A stretch of DNA of 64,000 nucleotides from Macrostomum lignano. Taxonomy: Eukaryota. Positions 60,285 through 64,000 of the stretch are shown one piece after another (the first letter of the stretch is position 1; the number at the start of each line of letters is the position of its first letter). The stretch spans positions 62,001 through 126,000 of the forward strand of contig NIVC01002254.1 in assembly GCA_002269645.1 (NCBI GenBank). The letters are read 5' to 3'. Made by a program: the position numbers and the translations under genes. Below the pieces are notes generated by a model. It did not search any database. It worked only from the letters and a program-made list of their open reading frames with translations, and was not told the origin of the DNA.

Positions 60285-60892
60285 CTAGGAGAGGGGGCTA
60301 GGAGAGCGAAGGGGAGCTAAGAGAGGGAGCTAGGAGAGGGAGAGGGAGCTAGGAGAGGGAGAGGGAGCTAGGAGAGGGAGAGGGAGCTAGGAGAGGGAGA
60401 GGGAGCTAGGAGAGGGAGAGGGAGCTAGGAGAGGGAGAGGGAGCTAGGAGAGGGAGAGGGAGCTAGGAGAGGGAGAGGGAGCTAGGAGAGGGAGAGGGAG
60501 CTAGGAGAGGGAGAGGGAGCTAGGAGAGGGAGAGGGAGCTAGGAGAGGGAGAGGGAGCTAGGAGAGGGAGAGGGAGCTAGGAGAGGGAGAGGGAGCTAGG
60601 AGAGGGAGAGGGAGCTAGGAGAGGGAGAGGGAGCTAGGAGAGGGAGAGGGAGCTAGGAGAGGGAGAGGGAGCTAGGAGAGGGAGAGGGAGCTAGGAGAGG
60701 GAGAGGGAGCTAGGAGAGGGAGAGGGAGCTAGGAGAGGGAGAGGGAGCTAGGAGAGGGAGGGGGAGCTAGGAGAGGGAGAGGGAGCTAGGAGAGGGAGGG
60801 GGAGCTAGGAGAGGGAGAGGGAGCTAGGAGAGGGAGAGGGAGCTAGGAGAGGGAGAGGGAGCTAGGAGAGGGAGAGGGAGCTAGGAGAGGGA
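60285..60892 (+). repeat. 18-bp minisatellite (gagctaggagagggagag)
   Basis: Direct reading. Confidence 0.95.
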
Positions 60893-61189
60893 GATGGAAC
60901 TAGGAATAATGAATTTAGGACGGATACAGAGGTCGCCAGGTAAAAGGCCATAACCCGATCGGCTAGCAAATGAAATAAGATTATTTAAACAGCACTCCAA
61001 TGAAAACAGGCAGGCAGAACTGTAGTATAAGAGCACGCAGTATTTTACCGATATCCGATATGTATCGTTGATAATATTATACACTAGCAGGTGAAAACTA
61101 GAGAAATCAGGATTGAGACTCGAACTAAAATCGGGACAGGATCAGGTGATAATTGGCTTAGCTAATTGAGCTAATTGGCTTCATCACAG

Positions 61190-61405
61190 GACGCATTCAA
61201 TTTCGCTCAATGGTCGGCCAAAGCGTCCCGATTGGCCCAGCCAGATTTAGACTTCATGGCGCCGGAGCTGCAGCTGCAGGGCCGGGCGACGCAAAGCTGC
61301 GACATATTCTCGCTGGGTCTGGTGATCTGCGCCGCCTACTGCGGCGGCGTGTCACCGCTTGAGTCCGGCAAAAGCCTGCAACAGTATCAGCGGCGAGTGG
61401 ACGAT
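61190..61405 (+). CDS. SCYL2: SCYL2 exon 6 (gene presumably continues beyond the window)
   Basis: PDLDFMAPE...SCDIFSLG kinase subdomains VIII-IX; cacAG acceptor, gat/GTGAGT donor. Confidence 0.9.
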
Positions 61406-61417
61406 GTGAGTGTCGAG

Positions 61418-62155
61418 TCACTTAGTTTACCTGTCAGCTAATCTGTCAGTTAGTTTACCTGTCAGCTAATCTGTCACTTAATTTACCTGTCAGCTAATCT
61501 GTCACTTAGTTTACCTGTCAGCTAATCTGTCAGTTAGTTTACCTGTCAGCTAATCTGTCACTTAGTTTACCTGTCAGCTAATCTGTCAGTTAGTTTACCT
61601 GTCAGCTAATCTGTCAGTTAGTTTACCTGTCAGCTAATCTGTCAGTTAGTTTACCTGTCAGCTAATCTGTCAGTTAGTTTACCTGTCAGCTAATCTATTA
61701 GTTAGTTTACCTGTCAGCTAATCTATTAGTTAGTTTACCTGTCAGCTAATCTATCAGTTAGTTTACCTGTCAGCTAATCTATCAGTTAGTTTACCTGTCA
61801 GCTAATCTATTAGTTAGTTTACCTGTCAGCTAATCTATCAGTTAGTTTACCTTCAGTTAATCTGTCACTTAGTTTACCTGTCACTAGTATACCTGTCAGC
61901 TAGAATACCTGTCAGCTAGAATACCTGTCAGTTAGTTTACCTGTCAGTTAGTTTACCTGTCAGTTAGTTCACCTGTCAGTTAGTTTACCTGTCAGTTAGT
62001 TTACCTGTCAGCTAGAATACCTGTCAGCTAGAATACCTGTCAGCTAGAATACCTGCCAGCTAGAACACCTGTCAGTTAGCTTACCTGTCAGTTAGTTTAC
62101 CTGTCAATTAGTTTACCTGTCAGCTAGAATACCTGTCAGTTAGTTTACCTGTCAG
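61418..62155 (+). repeat. 29-bp minisatellite (ttagtttacctgtcagctaatctgtcag) grading into 16-bp subunits
   Basis: Direct reading. Confidence 0.9.
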
Positions 62156-62353
62156 TTGGTATACATGTGAGTTACGAGTAGAATACCCAGTCGCAAAAAA
62201 TGAATCAATAGGCCAACGTTAATAATTTTTTTAGCAAACAAACACGGCAGTAACTTTACTTTTAACCTACAGAAAGTGCATTTCTCGCCTCTTTCGCAGT
62301 CTCATCCTTTTCCCGAGGAACAACAACTTCTATGGTAATTTATCGGTTGTAGG

Positions 62354-62411
62354 AGGACTGAGAACCATTTCTCAGTCCCCAAACGAGGCCTGAGAAATAG
62401 TTCTCAGTCCT
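62354..62411. other. Two adjacent palindromes forming a 22-bp inverted repeat near the Crypton 3' end
   Basis: aggactgagaaccatttctcag (62354-62375) and ctgagaaatagttctcagtcct (62390-62411); one mismatch. Confidence 0.85.
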
Positions 62412-62492
62412 GCTATAAACAGTTGTATTTAACAAATGTAAACCAACAACAGGAAGTTCAAATAGTAAGATTTAGAAGCGTATTGTAAGCAC

Positions 62493-63818
62493 TCACTCGA
62501 AAACGATTTCAACGGTGTTGGTGTTACCATTGATGTTAAGCCTCATTTTCTTTGCAGGATTAGCAGTCACTACGTTACTTTGTTCCATAGCTTCAACAGA
62601 GCGTTCAGGCTCGGTGTCAATAGACAGACTTGATGACTGACCACCAGATTGAAGAGCATGCGATACTTTAACATGGTCTTGTACGTCAAACTGAATATAG
62701 CGCTCAATAGCTGTCGAAGAGTGTCCTGTAACACGAGCGATGTCCTCTCTAGCAAAGCCAGCACGGTGTAGAGTACTTGCGCAAGTCTTGCGTAGAGACT
62801 GATTAGTGTACCTTTCAGTCACTCCAGTTAGGGGAGCCGTTAATTCACGAACAATACCGTCCAAGCTGTGCCAGCCGACGGGTGCGTTTTGGTACCACCT
62901 GCCTTGCTGAATGCTGGCATCGCTACGCATCCAAGCCAGGAACAAATTCTGAACCGTACAGTTTTCCGGTCTTTTGTCCACATACAGCTTGTAAATGCAG
63001 GGTAGACATCTATCATGATCAGCAGTATGAGATGCTTTAACGGTTTTCAATGGAACAAAACGTCGCTTTATGCCAGCGTTGTTGGTCTTCGTGGCTCTGT
63101 TCTCACAGTAAACTAGAAGTTCTTGACCGTCTTCATGCTGCAACTGGATCTCACAGCTATATCTCAGACCATGCAGCTCCGTGCCTCCACGCAAAGCGAA
63201 CTGCTTGCCAAGGTAGAACACAAGCGTAAACAGCAGTAATTTCGGCGACGTTGTTGCAAGACGTCATTTCTGCCACAACTCCTCCTCCAGAGTTGCGGGA
63301 ATTGGGCTAGACGCATTTGTCCCCGGAACTAGGCCCTCTCTAGTAGCTTCTTTCATGGCAGCATCCAATGCCATTCTTGCATCCCTGCACGCAGCGTCCT
63401 TCCAGAGATTCAGTTCTTTCTTGAGCGTGTACTGCAGATAGTGTTGCATCATGGAAAATATTTCCCTAAGGGTCGTAGCATTGTATTTAGTGCCATCGAC
63501 TTTTCGCACCTCGAGAATGAACATCTTTAATAGATAGTTCCAATCGCAAGCGTTCCATTCATGACGCTCCTTCAACACGAGAAGGCCAGTTGTATCACCA
63601 TGTAGAATTCGATTGTGTCGCTGCTCAAACCACTGGTCAAAAATTCTTACAGCCCATAGTTCCTTCCTTCGCGTATTTGGTGGGATAGCAGCGTCCAGCT
63701 TCCCTTGTATTTCGTCAGTCGAGAGCGTAGCGAATCGATCACTACCAGCAGCAGGATTCGTTGCAGCGGATTCTTTACTTTCAAAATATCGTAGCACTAG
63801 ATCTAATTCGTCTTCCAT
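62493..63818 (-). pseudogene. Crypton-type (DUF3504 family) tyrosine recombinase with one in-frame TGA at 63264-63266
   Basis: N-part NTRRKELWAVRIFDQW...VRKVDGTKY; catalytic motifs ALRGG, TNQSLRKT (HxxR), TGH, ERY; the two ORFs are in frame via LWQK*RLATTSPKLLLFTLVFYLG. Confidence 0.85.
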
Positions 63819-64000
63819 GGTTCTATTATATATGCAAATGGATGGACTGCTCAGTGCTCCATCTAGGTAGACGATTTATAACACTTTAGCCAGTCAGTCA
63901 CATAGCTTGTGCCATAAACTAACTGTACTGGATATTGATGCGTATTTTGCTTTCAGTAGGTTAAATATTTTCTCCTCCTTTTTCCAAATATGTCTATGGA

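Larger units (their letters stand above)
62180..64000 (-). mobile_element. Crypton-like DNA transposon, probably in SCYL2 intron 6 and antisense; ends not determined
   Basis: Intronless recombinase ORF; left boundary inferred from where the minisatellite stops; right end may lie beyond the window. Confidence 0.6.

Overview
Repeat-saturated eukaryotic (animal) genomic DNA with GT-AG spliced genes. The gene set and intronic minisatellite load suggest a free-living flatworm such as Macrostomum (inference, not verified). Nothing prokaryotic and no CRISPR. Exon models were built by hand with consistent intron phases. They support five genes: a single-exon secreted RFamide neuropeptide precursor (12709-12948 +), an ankyrin-repeat/SOCS-box ASB gene (15487-17765 -, 2 exons), a DEG/ENaC channel (37200-40228 -, 3 exons, 577 aa) with non-canonical HG and GxS motifs, a small IkB-like ankyrin gene (42855-44331 -, 3 exons) and the 5' part of SCYL2 (51215-61405 +, 6 exons). 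Mobile DNA: a degenerate, internally deleted Ty3/gypsy LTR element (3166-5603) inside a ~5.2 kb tandem duplication, two tRNA-derived SINE families, a minimal hammerhead motif typical of Penelope-like elements (47560-47598 -), and a Crypton-type tyrosine recombinase ORF (62493-63818 -) with paired palindromic sites. About 40% of the window is mini/microsatellite, including an 8.6 kb 35-bp array; most long ORFs in the track are artefacts of these arrays. Best leads: duplicated introns carrying different symmetric exons, intronic minisatellites built from splice-site motifs, the Crypton paired palindromes, the neuropeptide, the hammerhead and the atypical ENaC.
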